Origin: Candidatus Woesebacteria bacterium
Lineage (GTDB): Bacteria; Patescibacteriota; Microgenomatia; UBA1406; HO2-37-13b
Direction of reading: 5' to 3'
Assembly (NCBI GenBank): GCA_018062605.1
Contig: JAGORW010000001.1
Coordinates: 1-42,337, forward strand
DNA length: 42,337 nt
Part shown: in pieces, positions 31,836-41,273 of the stretch
Layout of the letters: every line of letters starts with the position of its first letter
Position numbering within the stretch: the stretch's first letter is position 1
Translations under genes and position numbers: made by a program
Notes under the pieces: generated by a model
The model's input: only the letters and a program-made list of their open reading frames with translations
Database searches by the model: none
Told to the model about the DNA's origin: nothing

Positions 31836-33194
31836 TTATGAGATCTTAGTAACAATATATTCTTTAATTTTGTCCACGTCAACTCTGTCTTGTTGCATCG
31901 TGTCCCTGTAGCGAATCGTGACAGAATTATTTTCTAACGTGTCAAAATCTATCGTAATACACAGCGGTGTTCCAATTTCATCTTGTGCAAGGTAGCGCTT
32001 TCCAATATTCCCACGATCATCCCAGTTAACAGAAATCCCATCAGCAACTAATGCTTCATAAATGCCTCGAGCTTTCTCAACGAGCTCTGGCTTATTTCTT
32101 AAGAGTGGAAATACTGCGGCTTTATATGGTGCTAACTTTGGATTCAAAGCCAACCATGTGCGATTCTCATCAGATCTATACGCATCTGCAATCACAACAA
32201 GCATCAAACGATTCAAACCAATTGAATATTCTGCAACATGAGGAATGTACGACTCTCCAGTTTCTAGGTCAGTATGGGTGAAATCGGTTCCAGAAAATTC
32301 TCCATGACGCTTCAAATCCCAATCACTTCGATTATGAACACCCTGAAATTCTTTCCATCCAAAGGGGAATTCGTATTCTAAATCTGTTGCAACTTTATTG
32401 TAATGAGCTCTTTCTTTGAAGTCTTGATCTCTAAAACGGAGCTTATCTTTATTAATGCCAATCGACAAAAGCCAATCCATGCTCATCCCCTTCAGCTTTT
32501 CATACCATGAATCAGCTTCATTAGGGTGCGTAAACATTTCAAGTTCCATTTGTTCAAACTCACGAGTTCTGAAGATAAATGGACCAACCTTAATTTCGTT
32601 TCTGAATGCTTTTCCGATTTGTGCTATTCCAAAAGGGAGTTTTTGACGCGATGTATCTTTGACAAGTTTAAAGTTATAAAAAATTGGCTGGCACGTTTCT
32701 CCTCGCAAATACGCAATTTCCTTTTCATTTTCAAGAGTCCCAACTGAAACTTCAACCAAAAGTTTAAATTTCTTTGATGCAGACAATGGATTTCCATCAG
32801 GACTCTTGAGATTGTTTTTTTTAATCAACTCGTCAATTTCCTCAGGACTCATTCCGTCTGCTTGGATCTTAAGAGCCTCTTCCAATAGATGATCTGCTCT
32901 GTACCTTTTATGAGTCACCATGTCTTCTACCATTACATCGCTAAATGATTCAACATGACCACTTGCTTCCCAAACTTTGGGATGAGAAATGATAGCGCTG
33001 TCTAATCCGACAATATTGTGCTGTTTGTGAACAAAGTTTGACCACCATGAACTACGAAGATTGCGAAGAAGTTCAGTTCCAAGTGGACCAAAATCATAGG
33101 CTGCTTCCCAACCTCCATAAATTTCAGATGATTGAAAAACAAATCCACGACGTTTTAAAAGTGAGACAATTTCTTCAAGAGTAACGGGTTTCAT
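31836..33194 (-). CDS. glyQS: Glycyl-tRNA synthetase (class II, alpha2 type)
   Basis: RRGFVFQSSEIYGG...YDFGPLG N-terminus, class II motifs (FRNE, GLNRL) and a C-terminal anticodon-binding domain. Confidence 0.93.
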   Translation of the reverse strand: MKPVTLEEIVSLLKRRGFVFQSSEIYGGWEAAYDFGPLGTELLRNLRSSWWSNFVHKQHNIVGLDSAIISHPKVWEASGHVESFSDVMVEDMVTHKRYRADHLLEEALKIQADGMSPEEIDELIKKNNLKSPDGNPLSASKKFKLLVEVSVGTLENEKEIAYLRGETCQPIFYNFKLVKDTSRQKLPFGIAQIGKAFRNEIKVGPFIFRTREFEQMELEMFTHPNEADSWYEKLKGMSMDWLLSIGINKDKLRFRDQDFKERAHYNKVATDLEYEFPFGWKEFQGVHNRSDWDLKRHGEFSGTDFTHTDLETGESYIPHVAEYSIGLNRLMLVVIADAYRSDENRTWLALNPKLAPYKAAVFPLLRNKPELVEKARGIYEALVADGISVNWDDRGNIGKRYLAQDEIGTPLCITIDFDTLENNSVTIRYRDTMQQDRVDVDKIKEYIVTKIS

Positions 33195-33201
33195 AATCAG
33201 A

Positions 33202-33207
33202 ATTATA
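33202..33207 (-). promoter_or_regulatory. Candidate -10 box (TATAAT) 7 nt upstream of the glyQS ATG
   Basis: Minus strand reads TATAAT-tctgatt-ATG(33194). Confidence 0.45.
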
Positions 33208-33220
33208 GCAGATAATTTTG

Positions 33221-33226
33221 TATACT
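33221..33226 (+). promoter_or_regulatory. Candidate -10 box (TATACT) 6 nt upstream of the GT2 ATG
   Basis: TATACT-atactt-ATG(33233). It lies 14 nt from the divergent glyQS -10 box. Confidence 0.4.
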
Positions 33227-33232
33227 ATACTT

Positions 33233-34111
33233 ATGCCTGAGCTCTCAATTATCATCATTTCATACAACACGCAAGACATTACGAAGCGCTGTTTAGAGAC
33301 TATTGTTGCTTCTTTAAAAACTGATACATCTTTAAAAGCTGAGATTATTGTGCTTGATAACAATTCTTCTGATGGTTCTGTGGAGATGCTGAAGTCATTT
33401 GCTGGAATTGAGTGCATTTTTTCAAAAGAAAATCTTGGCTTTGGAAAGGGCAATAATGAAGCTGTAATGCATGCGAAAGGGGAATATCTCCTATTCTTAA
33501 ATTCGGACACTGAGGCTTTAGATGATGCTGTTCCCCAGCTTTTATCAGAATTCAAACAGGCTCAATTTGATTTTGCCGGAGCTCGCCTTCTCAATAAAGA
33601 TCGCTCTGTGCAGCTTTCAGTTGGCCGCTTCTACACCTTATGGATCGCCTTCCTCGCGCTTTTTCTATTTGCAGATAGGTGGCATGGCACCCGCTATTCA
33701 CCCACTTCCACTCGAAAAGTCGATTGGGTTTCTGGAGCCTGCTTTATAACACGCACTAAAACATATCAACAACTCAGTGGCTTTGACCCAGCAATTTTTA
33801 TGTATTGGGAAGAAGTGGACCTGTTTTATCGCGCTGCCAAGCAACACATGTCAGTTGGCTTTTTACCTCAACCAACCTTTATCCACTTGGAAGGCGCCTC
33901 AAGCAAAAGCCGCACTGCTCCTATTATTAAAGTTTTTGAAGGCTACCTTATTTTCTATAAGAAGCACTACTCCCCCTTGCACGTCGGTGTCTTACGCTGT
34001 ATGCTACAATTGAAGGCACTTTCATCATTACTAGTTGGAAAGCTAATAGGCAGCACATATTTAATTGAAACCTATTCAAAGGCATATGAAGTTTCTAAAA
34101 ACACTCGATAA
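33233..34111 (+). CDS. Glycosyltransferase family 2
   Basis: LSIIIISYNTQD, VLDNNSSDGS and NSDTE (DxD-like) motifs. The ORF-track start 33218 is TTG; I used ATG 33233. Confidence 0.8.
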   Translation: MPELSIIIISYNTQDITKRCLETIVASLKTDTSLKAEIIVLDNNSSDGSVEMLKSFAGIECIFSKENLGFGKGNNEAVMHAKGEYLLFLNSDTEALDDAVPQLLSEFKQAQFDFAGARLLNKDRSVQLSVGRFYTLWIAFLALFLFADRWHGTRYSPTSTRKVDWVSGACFITRTKTYQQLSGFDPAIFMYWEEVDLFYRAAKQHMSVGFLPQPTFIHLEGASSKSRTAPIIKVFEGYLIFYKKHYSPLHVGVLRCMLQLKALSSLLVGKLIGSTYLIETYSKAYEVSKNTR

Positions 34112-35753
34112 CAATATTCTCCAAATTCTTTTATCAATTTTTATACTCTTCATTCCGCTGTACATGAAGTTTCCATTTCATAATGTGAACTTCACCTATA
34201 TCTCAATCCGACTAGACGATCTCATGTCAGTCCTCATTATTGGCGTTTTCTGTTTGCAAGTATTACGAAGAAAAATAAGCTTTGCAGAGCTACCATTTAA
34301 GAAAACATTTGCAGCATTTTGGGTCATTGTGATGGTTGCCTTCCTTTCTGGATACTATCTGATGAACGCAATTGAGTATCCAATGATTGGTTTCTTGCAC
34401 GCTGCCCGAAGAATTCAATACATGATGCTGTTCTTTGTGGCATTTGCCTCAATTCGAAATTCTCGAGACTTTAAATACTTCATGTATGCCATCATAGGCT
34501 CAATCTTTTTGGCAGGTATTTACGGGATTGGGCAAAGACTTTTCGCTTTTCCAGCAATCTCAACGATGAATCCAGAGTTTGCGAAAGGACGTATTCTCTA
34601 CTTAACTCCAGAAGCCAGAATGAGTTCAACATTTGCAGGTCACTATGACTTTGCAGCATTCCTGGTTTTCTTCTTTCCAATTATGTGGGCTGTATTTTTT
34701 CAAACGAAGCAGATTGTCTTATCTACAAAGCAAAAAGCGCTCCTGGGATTTTCTATGCTTCTCCCAATCGTAATGAATGTTAGCACGCTAGCTCAAATCG
34801 CATTTCAAACTGACTTTGTAAATCTCATTACAATCATTCTTTCATCTAAACTCTTTACGAGCATTATTGGAATAATGGCACTTGTCACACTGATTCACCT
34901 AACAGTGCGCGGCAAAATTCAGAAGTGGTATATTTTCACGATCATTACAGTTTCGGTTTTGGGACTCATTGCAACATCTTCTCGCTCTTCATCAATTGCC
35001 TATGTTGTATCAATCTCTGCATTCCTCCTGATGTACAAGAAATTTAGATACTTCCTGTTCGCTGTTATTCTCTTTTTAGGCATTTCATATCTTGATACAG
35101 ATCTTTTTCAGCGATGGTCACAGACCGTCCAATTTAAGGAGATTATTATAAATGCAAAAACGGGAGAGCAAGTTGTAGTTCAAAAAATTAGACCAGATGA
35201 ACTTCCAGCTGGAACAGCATTTGTAAATAGAAAAAAAGTGTTGGACTCAACAGCTTCAGCATTCCTTAAACAAGAATTGATTAACAAAGCGACAATTGGT
35301 GGAACTATAGCCACAGAAGGTGCACAGCATTATGAAACCTACTCGGCGGTTGCTGGAGACATTTCTGTAACGACACGTTTACAAGTGAGCTGGCCTCGAG
35401 CAATCAACGCCTTTAAACGAAACCCACTCGTTGGAACAGGCCCATCTTCCATAACTGAGTCCACTGACGGTGACTACTTTAGATGGATTGGAGAAACAGG
35501 AGCACTTGGAGCTGCTACCTTCTTATTCACTATTGGTTCAATTCTCAAATACCTTTTCGATAAGAGAAAGAATCTTTCTAAAGAGATGAACATTCTCATA
35601 TTTGCAATTATCTTTGGAACTGGTGGCTTGTTGATTAACGCAGTCTTAATAGATGTGTTTGAAGCATCCAAAGTGGCATACATGTTCTGGTTGACTCTAG
35701 GCTTGTTTGTTGGAATGGTAGGTCTTGATAAAAAGGAGATTAGCAAACTATAA
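34086..35753 (+). CDS. O-antigen ligase/polymerase-like (Wzy_C) polytopic membrane protein
   Basis: At least 10 TM helices, an SSRSSSIAY segment and a large external loop before GTGPSS....YFRWIGETGALG. The ORF-track start 34065 is TTG; I used ATG 34086, which overlaps the GT2 3' end. Confidence 0.65.
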   Translation: MKFLKTLDNNILQILLSIFILFIPLYMKFPFHNVNFTYISIRLDDLMSVLIIGVFCLQVLRRKISFAELPFKKTFAAFWVIVMVAFLSGYYLMNAIEYPMIGFLHAARRIQYMMLFFVAFASIRNSRDFKYFMYAIIGSIFLAGIYGIGQRLFAFPAISTMNPEFAKGRILYLTPEARMSSTFAGHYDFAAFLVFFFPIMWAVFFQTKQIVLSTKQKALLGFSMLLPIVMNVSTLAQIAFQTDFVNLITIILSSKLFTSIIGIMALVTLIHLTVRGKIQKWYIFTIITVSVLGLIATSSRSSSIAYVVSISAFLLMYKKFRYFLFAVILFLGISYLDTDLFQRWSQTVQFKEIIINAKTGEQVVVQKIRPDELPAGTAFVNRKKVLDSTASAFLKQELINKATIGGTIATEGAQHYETYSAVAGDISVTTRLQVSWPRAINAFKRNPLVGTGPSSITESTDGDYFRWIGETGALGAATFLFTIGSILKYLFDKRKNLSKEMNILIFAIIFGTGGLLINAVLIDVFEASKVAYMFWLTLGLFVGMVGLDKKEISKL

Positions 35754-35763
35754 CTAACAGCAT

Positions 35764-37236
35764 ATGACAAAAGAGCCAGCATCATTTTCTCGCATTGATT
35801 GGATCCTTCTTGGATTGATACTGTTGGTTGCTCTTGTTTTGCGACTCTACAATGTAACGTCTCCCCTTGCAGATTGGCATTCATGGAGACAAGCTGATAC
35901 CGCAGCAGTTTCACGCAATCTTGTTGAAAAGGACTTTAATCTCATGAGGCCTATCTATGATGATCTTTCAAATGTCCAAACAGGAGAATACAATCCTGAA
36001 GGACTGAGGTTTGTTGAATTTCCACTGTACAATGCCGCCACTGCCCTAGTATATAAAGCGATCCCAATGGTTCCTATCGAACAGATTGCTCGCTACATCA
36101 CGATCTTTTGTTCGTTGATAGTGATTGCATCTCTATACTATCTTGTGAGATTGGAAGTGAGTCGCCTTTCCGCAATTTGTGCCGGCTTAATCTATGCTGT
36201 CTTTCCATTTTTTGTGTACTATTCCCGGGTCGTTTTGCCAGAAACTCCTGGACTCGCATGTATGAGCATTTCAATTGTCCTGCTGTACATGTACATGAAA
36301 TCCAAACCCGGTTCACTGAAGTTGCTTCAGTTTATATTGGCTTGTGTTGGCGCAGCTGCTGCACTTCTTATTAAGCCAACTCTGATTTTTTACCTTATAG
36401 TTGCTGGTTGTATGTATTGGGCGAAGTATCGATTGAGTATTTTTAAAAGGATTGATGCATATCTGTATGTTGCTCTCGCGATACTTCCTATGATTGCATG
36501 GAGAATGTACATTCAACAATTTCCCGTTGGTATTCCTGCCTATGATTGGCTTATTACAACAGTCAATACGTATGAAGGACCAAAGGTTATTTTCATGAGA
36601 CCTGCATTCTTCAGATGGATTTTTCATGAACGAATCTTAAATCTCATTATGGGAGGTTGGGCAGCTGTGTTTATCGTGATTGGGGCTTTAAAAAGATCAA
36701 CACGTTCGATGACTATTCCTTACGGCATTGGACTATCTGCGCTTACCTATCTTCTTACGTTTCAAGGAGGAAATGTACAGCATGATTATTATCAAACCTT
36801 GATTCTGCCAGCCCTCGCTGTCTTTGCAGGTATCGGTATTGCTATGATCTATGAGAACAAAAAGACTTTTACTCATCCATTTTTAGTTTCGATTATTGTT
36901 GTTGGACTGCTTGGCTTTTCATGGCTTATGTCATACGAAACAGTGAAAGGATATTATGGATACAGTGAACAGCTCATCCAAACTGCAAAAATCATCGATA
37001 CCATTACACCAAAAGATGCACTTGTGATTACAGAATCTGTAGGTGACACAACTCTTCTCTACAACGCCCGTCGAAGAGGTATGCCTTCTACAGCTGATAC
37101 TCTTCCAAAACTTAAAGAAAGGGGCATGCAATATTTTGTGACGACATCTGATGAAACAATTGCGAAGACTCAAAAAGAGAATCCAGAATATGAAATAATA
37201 TTTAAGAATGATGGCGTTTCTATTTTCAAACTCTAG
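35764..37236 (+). CDS. GT-C fold glycosyltransferase, ArnT/PMT (GT39/83)-like
   Basis: LRLYNV...ADWHSWRQADTAAVSRN...EFPLYN N-terminal signature, polytopic membrane region, and a soluble C-terminal domain of about 100 aa. Confidence 0.7.
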   Translation: MTKEPASFSRIDWILLGLILLVALVLRLYNVTSPLADWHSWRQADTAAVSRNLVEKDFNLMRPIYDDLSNVQTGEYNPEGLRFVEFPLYNAATALVYKAIPMVPIEQIARYITIFCSLIVIASLYYLVRLEVSRLSAICAGLIYAVFPFFVYYSRVVLPETPGLACMSISIVLLYMYMKSKPGSLKLLQFILACVGAAAALLIKPTLIFYLIVAGCMYWAKYRLSIFKRIDAYLYVALAILPMIAWRMYIQQFPVGIPAYDWLITTVNTYEGPKVIFMRPAFFRWIFHERILNLIMGGWAAVFIVIGALKRSTRSMTIPYGIGLSALTYLLTFQGGNVQHDYYQTLILPALAVFAGIGIAMIYENKKTFTHPFLVSIIVVGLLGFSWLMSYETVKGYYGYSEQLIQTAKIIDTITPKDALVITESVGDTTLLYNARRRGMPSTADTLPKLKERGMQYFVTTSDETIAKTQKENPEYEIIFKNDGVSIFKL

Positions 37237-37239
37237 TCT

Positions 37240-38445
37240 ATGAAGATCTTGATGCTTACGCCCTATATGCCGTACCCTCCTTCTTCTGGCGGCCAAGTGC
37301 GTTCATACAATCTCATCAAACATCTGAGCAAAAATCATGATATCCACTTGGTTGCACTTGTTAAGAACGATGAGGAGAAACAATATCAAAAACAATTGGA
37401 GAAGTATTGTTCAGAAATACACGTGTGCAAGAGATCAGAGTCACCTTGGACAATCTCTAATATTGTGAAAAGCGTTCTTGGTAAGTTTCCTTTTCTCGTT
37501 GTCAGAAATTATTCCGCAGAGGCGGAGGCGCAAGTAAAAAAACTCATAGCGACTCATCAATTTGATCTTATTCATGCAGAAACGTTTTACATTATGCCAC
37601 ATATTCCTCACACTTCAATTCCGATTTTTTTGGTTGAACAGACAATTGAGTACAAGGTCTATCAGCATTTTGTGAATCAGATTTCCCTTCCATTCTTACG
37701 ACCATTTTTCTTGCCAGATATTCTTAAATTGAAATATTGGGAGAAATCTTTTTGGAAGAAGGCTGATTTTGTGGGTGCAGTTTCTGAATCAGATGAAGAA
37801 CACATGCATGAACTTGTTCCTGGGCTTAAAACTACGATTATTCCTAATGCTGCAGGTGAAGATCTCCTTGAAATCTATAAACCGTCTAAGCAGCCAAAAC
37901 CAATCTTTTTGTATATCGGAAACTATTCCTGGTTGCAAAATGTTGAGGGTGCTCAAATTTTAATTGATCATATTTTTCCGCTGATCCGCCAAGAAATTCC
38001 AGAGGCGACCTGTATTATTGCAGGGCAACGAGCTGATGAAAAGCTTGGTATAGTTACATCACCTGGAGTTAAGATTATTGATATAGCTTCATCAGATACT
38101 GATAAAGTGATTGAAGTCTTTACTAAAGGCTCAATATTCCTTGCTCCTCTTGAAGGACCGGGTGGGACTCGTCTCAAGATCCTTGGCGCTATGGCAGCTG
38201 GAATGCCTGTTGTTTCTTCTAAGACTGGTGTAAGTGGTTTAGAAGTGAAGCATGGAAAACACGCCTACATTGCAAAAAACTACCAAGAATTTGCAGACTA
38301 TGCCATATCTCTTTTGCGAGATCCAAAAAAATATGCGGCAATGAGAACTGATGCTCGTGCCCTTGTGGATGATGTGTATAGCTGGAATGGAGTTTCTCAA
38401 AAGCTTGAGAAGATTTACGCTAAATTAACTACTAAAAAATCATGA
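37240..38445 (+). CDS. Glycosyltransferase family 4 (GT-B, 'group 1')
   Basis: PYPPSSGGQVR N-terminus and the C-terminal GGTRLKILGAMAAGMPVVSS (EX7E-type region). Confidence 0.85.
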   Translation: MKILMLTPYMPYPPSSGGQVRSYNLIKHLSKNHDIHLVALVKNDEEKQYQKQLEKYCSEIHVCKRSESPWTISNIVKSVLGKFPFLVVRNYSAEAEAQVKKLIATHQFDLIHAETFYIMPHIPHTSIPIFLVEQTIEYKVYQHFVNQISLPFLRPFFLPDILKLKYWEKSFWKKADFVGAVSESDEEHMHELVPGLKTTIIPNAAGEDLLEIYKPSKQPKPIFLYIGNYSWLQNVEGAQILIDHIFPLIRQEIPEATCIIAGQRADEKLGIVTSPGVKIIDIASSDTDKVIEVFTKGSIFLAPLEGPGGTRLKILGAMAAGMPVVSSKTGVSGLEVKHGKHAYIAKNYQEFADYAISLLRDPKKYAAMRTDARALVDDVYSWNGVSQKLEKIYAKLTTKKS

Positions 38446-39587
38446 GGATTGGTATAGACATATCTCAAACCGCATATGCAGGGACAGGTGTTGCCAGATA
38501 CACGACGGCTTTGGTAAAAAGCTTATTACTTGCCAATTCAAAGCATGAATTTGTTTTCTTTTTTAGTTCTTTAAGACTTAAGCCGCCAAAAGAACTTACC
38601 GATCTCATTAAGGAACCACACATCTTAAAGCATTTTTACTTTCCCCCAACTCTATTATCACAAATGTGGAATGAGCTTCATATGGTGCCGATTGAGAATT
38701 TCATTGGAGATCTCGATGTCTTTATTTCCTCAGATTGGGTACAGCCTCCTGTCAAAAAAGCTAAAACTATCAGCATCGTTCATGATATGGTGATCTATGT
38801 TCATCCAGAGACATCAACACAGAAAACAACATTTAATTTGAAGCGAGTACAGATCCGTCCAAATATTGTAGATACTCAAAAGAAACGACTTCATTGGGTT
38901 GCAAAAGACGTTGATTGCATTATTGCTGACTCAAATAGTACGAAGCAAGATCTTGAAACTATCTTAAAATTGAAAAAAGAAAATGTGAGAGTTGTGTATC
39001 CATCAGTGTATGTAGAGCCCACACTATTGAGTAAAAACCATCTCAAAGAAAAGTATCATCTAAAAAAACCATATCTCTTAACTGTTGGAAAACTTGAGCC
39101 AAGGAAAAATATTCCTATGTTAATTAAATCTTTTATTTCATCAGGGCTTTCTGAAAAAAATGATTTAGTCGTTGTTGGTGCTCAAGGCTGGGGAGACTTC
39201 AAACTTGATATTCCCCATGACATGAAAGATGCAATAAAGTTTTTAGGATATGTACCCGATGATGACCTCTCATCTTTATATACCTTTGCAGAACTCTTTG
39301 TCTATCCATCAGTATATGAAGGATTTGGATATCCTGTTTTGGAAGCCATGCAATGTGGAACACCAGTTGCAACATCTCACACCTCTTCTACAGGAGAACT
39401 TGCTGACTCATATGCTCATATTTTTGATCCGCATGAGATGCAATCGATTTCACAAGTGTTGGTGACTGTCATGAAAGATGAAAAACTTCGATTGAAATAT
39501 GTAGATAAAGCACAAAAATATGCCCTATCATTTACTGAGGAAAAATTTGGTAAAGAACTATTAGAAGCTATTGATTCACTTGCATGA
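38442..39587 (+). CDS. Glycosyltransferase family 4
   Basis: PSVYEGFGYPVLEAMQCGTPVATS motif. Start overlaps the upstream stop as ATGA. Confidence 0.85.
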   Translation: MRIGIDISQTAYAGTGVARYTTALVKSLLLANSKHEFVFFFSSLRLKPPKELTDLIKEPHILKHFYFPPTLLSQMWNELHMVPIENFIGDLDVFISSDWVQPPVKKAKTISIVHDMVIYVHPETSTQKTTFNLKRVQIRPNIVDTQKKRLHWVAKDVDCIIADSNSTKQDLETILKLKKENVRVVYPSVYVEPTLLSKNHLKEKYHLKKPYLLTVGKLEPRKNIPMLIKSFISSGLSEKNDLVVVGAQGWGDFKLDIPHDMKDAIKFLGYVPDDDLSSLYTFAELFVYPSVYEGFGYPVLEAMQCGTPVATSHTSSTGELADSYAHIFDPHEMQSISQVLVTVMKDEKLRLKYVDKAQKYALSFTEEKFGKELLEAIDSLA

Positions 39588-40666
39588 TTATCGGGATTGA
39601 TGGGATTGAGGCCAATGTTGAACAGAAGGTTGGCGTGTCTGTTTATACAGCACAGCTACTTTCATATTTTCATGCAAAAGCGGATAAGAATACGCAATTT
39701 CTTGTATATTTGAGATCTGCGCCAGTTGCTAATCTCCCCAAAGAAACTGAATATTTTAAATATGAAGTTGTTCGCCAAAAAGGTTTATGGAGAGATTTAT
39801 TCTTTCCACTTCATCTGTATCTTCATAAAAAAATCGATGTATTGTTTTGCCCAGCTCACTACATACCGCGATTTTGCCCTGTTCCAACCGTTGTGACAAT
39901 TCATGACTTGGCATATGAATTTTTTCCGAATGAGTTTAAGAAGGAAGATTTATATAAACTAAAAAATTGGACACGTCATTCAGTTGAAAGAGCACGGAAT
40001 GTCATTGCAGTATCTAAGACGACGGCCGAAGATCTACATAAATTGTATGGCGTCCGTAAAGAAAAAATTGCGACAATTTATAATGGGTATGCAAGTATTG
40101 AAGTACCATCCAATGAAGAACTTGATTCATTTGGATTAAAACCGCAAAAGTACTTCTTGTACATAGGCACGTTACAACCACGGAAGAACATTCCCACCCT
40201 TATTCAAGCTTTTTCAAAGTTTCATAAAAAACATCCAGATATTAAGTTGGCAATTATCGGACGAAAAGGCTGGATGTATGACAGCATTTTTGAAGAAGTT
40301 AAGCGTCTGAACATTGAGGATTCAATAATTTTCACTGGTTACGTTAAGTGTCTCAAAATGTTTTACACCAACGCCATTGCCTATATACTACCCTCCTTAT
40401 ATGAAGGATTTGGATTGCCAGTTATAGAGGCAATGCATTATGAATGCCCCGTGATTGTATCTGACACGCCTGCCCTTATGGAGGTTTCTGACGGCGCTTG
40501 CTTGAACTTTCCTGCGCATGATACAATGGCATTAGCTCAAGCCTTAGAAAAAGTAATAGATCCATCAGTTAATAAAACGTTAATTGAAAAGGGTAAAATG
40601 AGAGCAAAAGATTTTAGCTGGAAGAAAACAGCACAAAAAACATTAGAGATACTGACACAATCATGA
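39584..40666 (+). CDS. Glycosyltransferase family 4
   Basis: PSLYEGFGLPVIEAMHYECPVIVS motif. Start overlaps the upstream stop as ATGA. Confidence 0.85.
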   Translation: MIIGIDGIEANVEQKVGVSVYTAQLLSYFHAKADKNTQFLVYLRSAPVANLPKETEYFKYEVVRQKGLWRDLFFPLHLYLHKKIDVLFCPAHYIPRFCPVPTVVTIHDLAYEFFPNEFKKEDLYKLKNWTRHSVERARNVIAVSKTTAEDLHKLYGVRKEKIATIYNGYASIEVPSNEELDSFGLKPQKYFLYIGTLQPRKNIPTLIQAFSKFHKKHPDIKLAIIGRKGWMYDSIFEEVKRLNIEDSIIFTGYVKCLKMFYTNAIAYILPSLYEGFGLPVIEAMHYECPVIVSDTPALMEVSDGACLNFPAHDTMALAQALEKVIDPSVNKTLIEKGKMRAKDFSWKKTAQKTLEILTQS

Positions 40667-41271
40667 AAACGCCACTAAAAAATCGCATGGGAGAAGAATT
40701 GACTTTCTCACAAGTTGGAGAAAAAGGTATTGGTCGCATTAAGGCTATTGTGCACGAATGTCTCGTGTTTGTTATGCACCAAGCAGGCTACATTCCCTTT
40801 CATCATGTTCGTCGGCTCTTCTACAGATTAGCTGGCATGACAATTGGAAAAGGTTCATCAATTCACATGTATACGAGATTTTATAATCCTAGCGGCATAA
40901 AAATCGGTCAAGACAGCATCATTGGAGAGTTTGCCGTTTTAGATGGAAGAGCGCCTCTTGTAATTGGCAACCATGTTGATGTCGCATCTGAGGTAATGTT
41001 TTACAATGCTGAACATGGGGTAAATGAAGCAGATTTTGCAGCACATACTCTCGGTGACATTGTTGTTGGTGATTATGTGTTTATTGGCCCACGTGCTATT
41101 ATTCTTCCTGGAGTAACAATTGGAGAAGGAGCTGTAGTAGGTGCAGGCGCCGTTGTAACCAAAGATGTTCCCCCATATGCCATTGCTGGTGGAGTTCCTG
41201 CAAAAGTGATTGGAGAAAGAAAGAACAAACAACTTCATTATACGCTTGGTAGGGCTCATTGGCTCCGATAA
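40663..41271 (+). CDS. Hexapeptide-repeat (LbH) O-acetyltransferase, WcaF/WbbJ-like
   Basis: IGPRAIILPGVTIGEGAVVGAGAVVTKDVPPYAIAGGVPAKVIG. Confidence 0.85.
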   Translation: MKTPLKNRMGEELTFSQVGEKGIGRIKAIVHECLVFVMHQAGYIPFHHVRRLFYRLAGMTIGKGSSIHMYTRFYNPSGIKIGQDSIIGEFAVLDGRAPLVIGNHVDVASEVMFYNAEHGVNEADFAAHTLGDIVVGDYVFIGPRAIILPGVTIGEGAVVGAGAVVTKDVPPYAIAGGVPAKVIGERKNKQLHYTLGRAHWLR

Positions 41272-41273
41272 AA

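Noticed and set aside
33195-33232. Strand-bias switch (minus to plus) as a replication origin
   Set aside because: The spacer is only 38 nt and has no DnaA-box cluster or AT-rich unwinding element. No dnaA or dnaN is nearby. Minus-strand genes resume at 41274.
33175-33555. 126-aa minus-strand ORF overlapping the glyQS start and the GT2 gene
   Set aside because: It is antisense to the GT2 CDS, which has clear family motifs, and it would run across the divergent promoter region.
35474-35914. 146-aa minus-strand ORF spanning the Wzy_C-like/GT-C junction
   Set aside because: It is antisense to two well-supported plus-strand membrane-protein genes and has no promoter or start context. Its sequence looks like reverse-frame noise.
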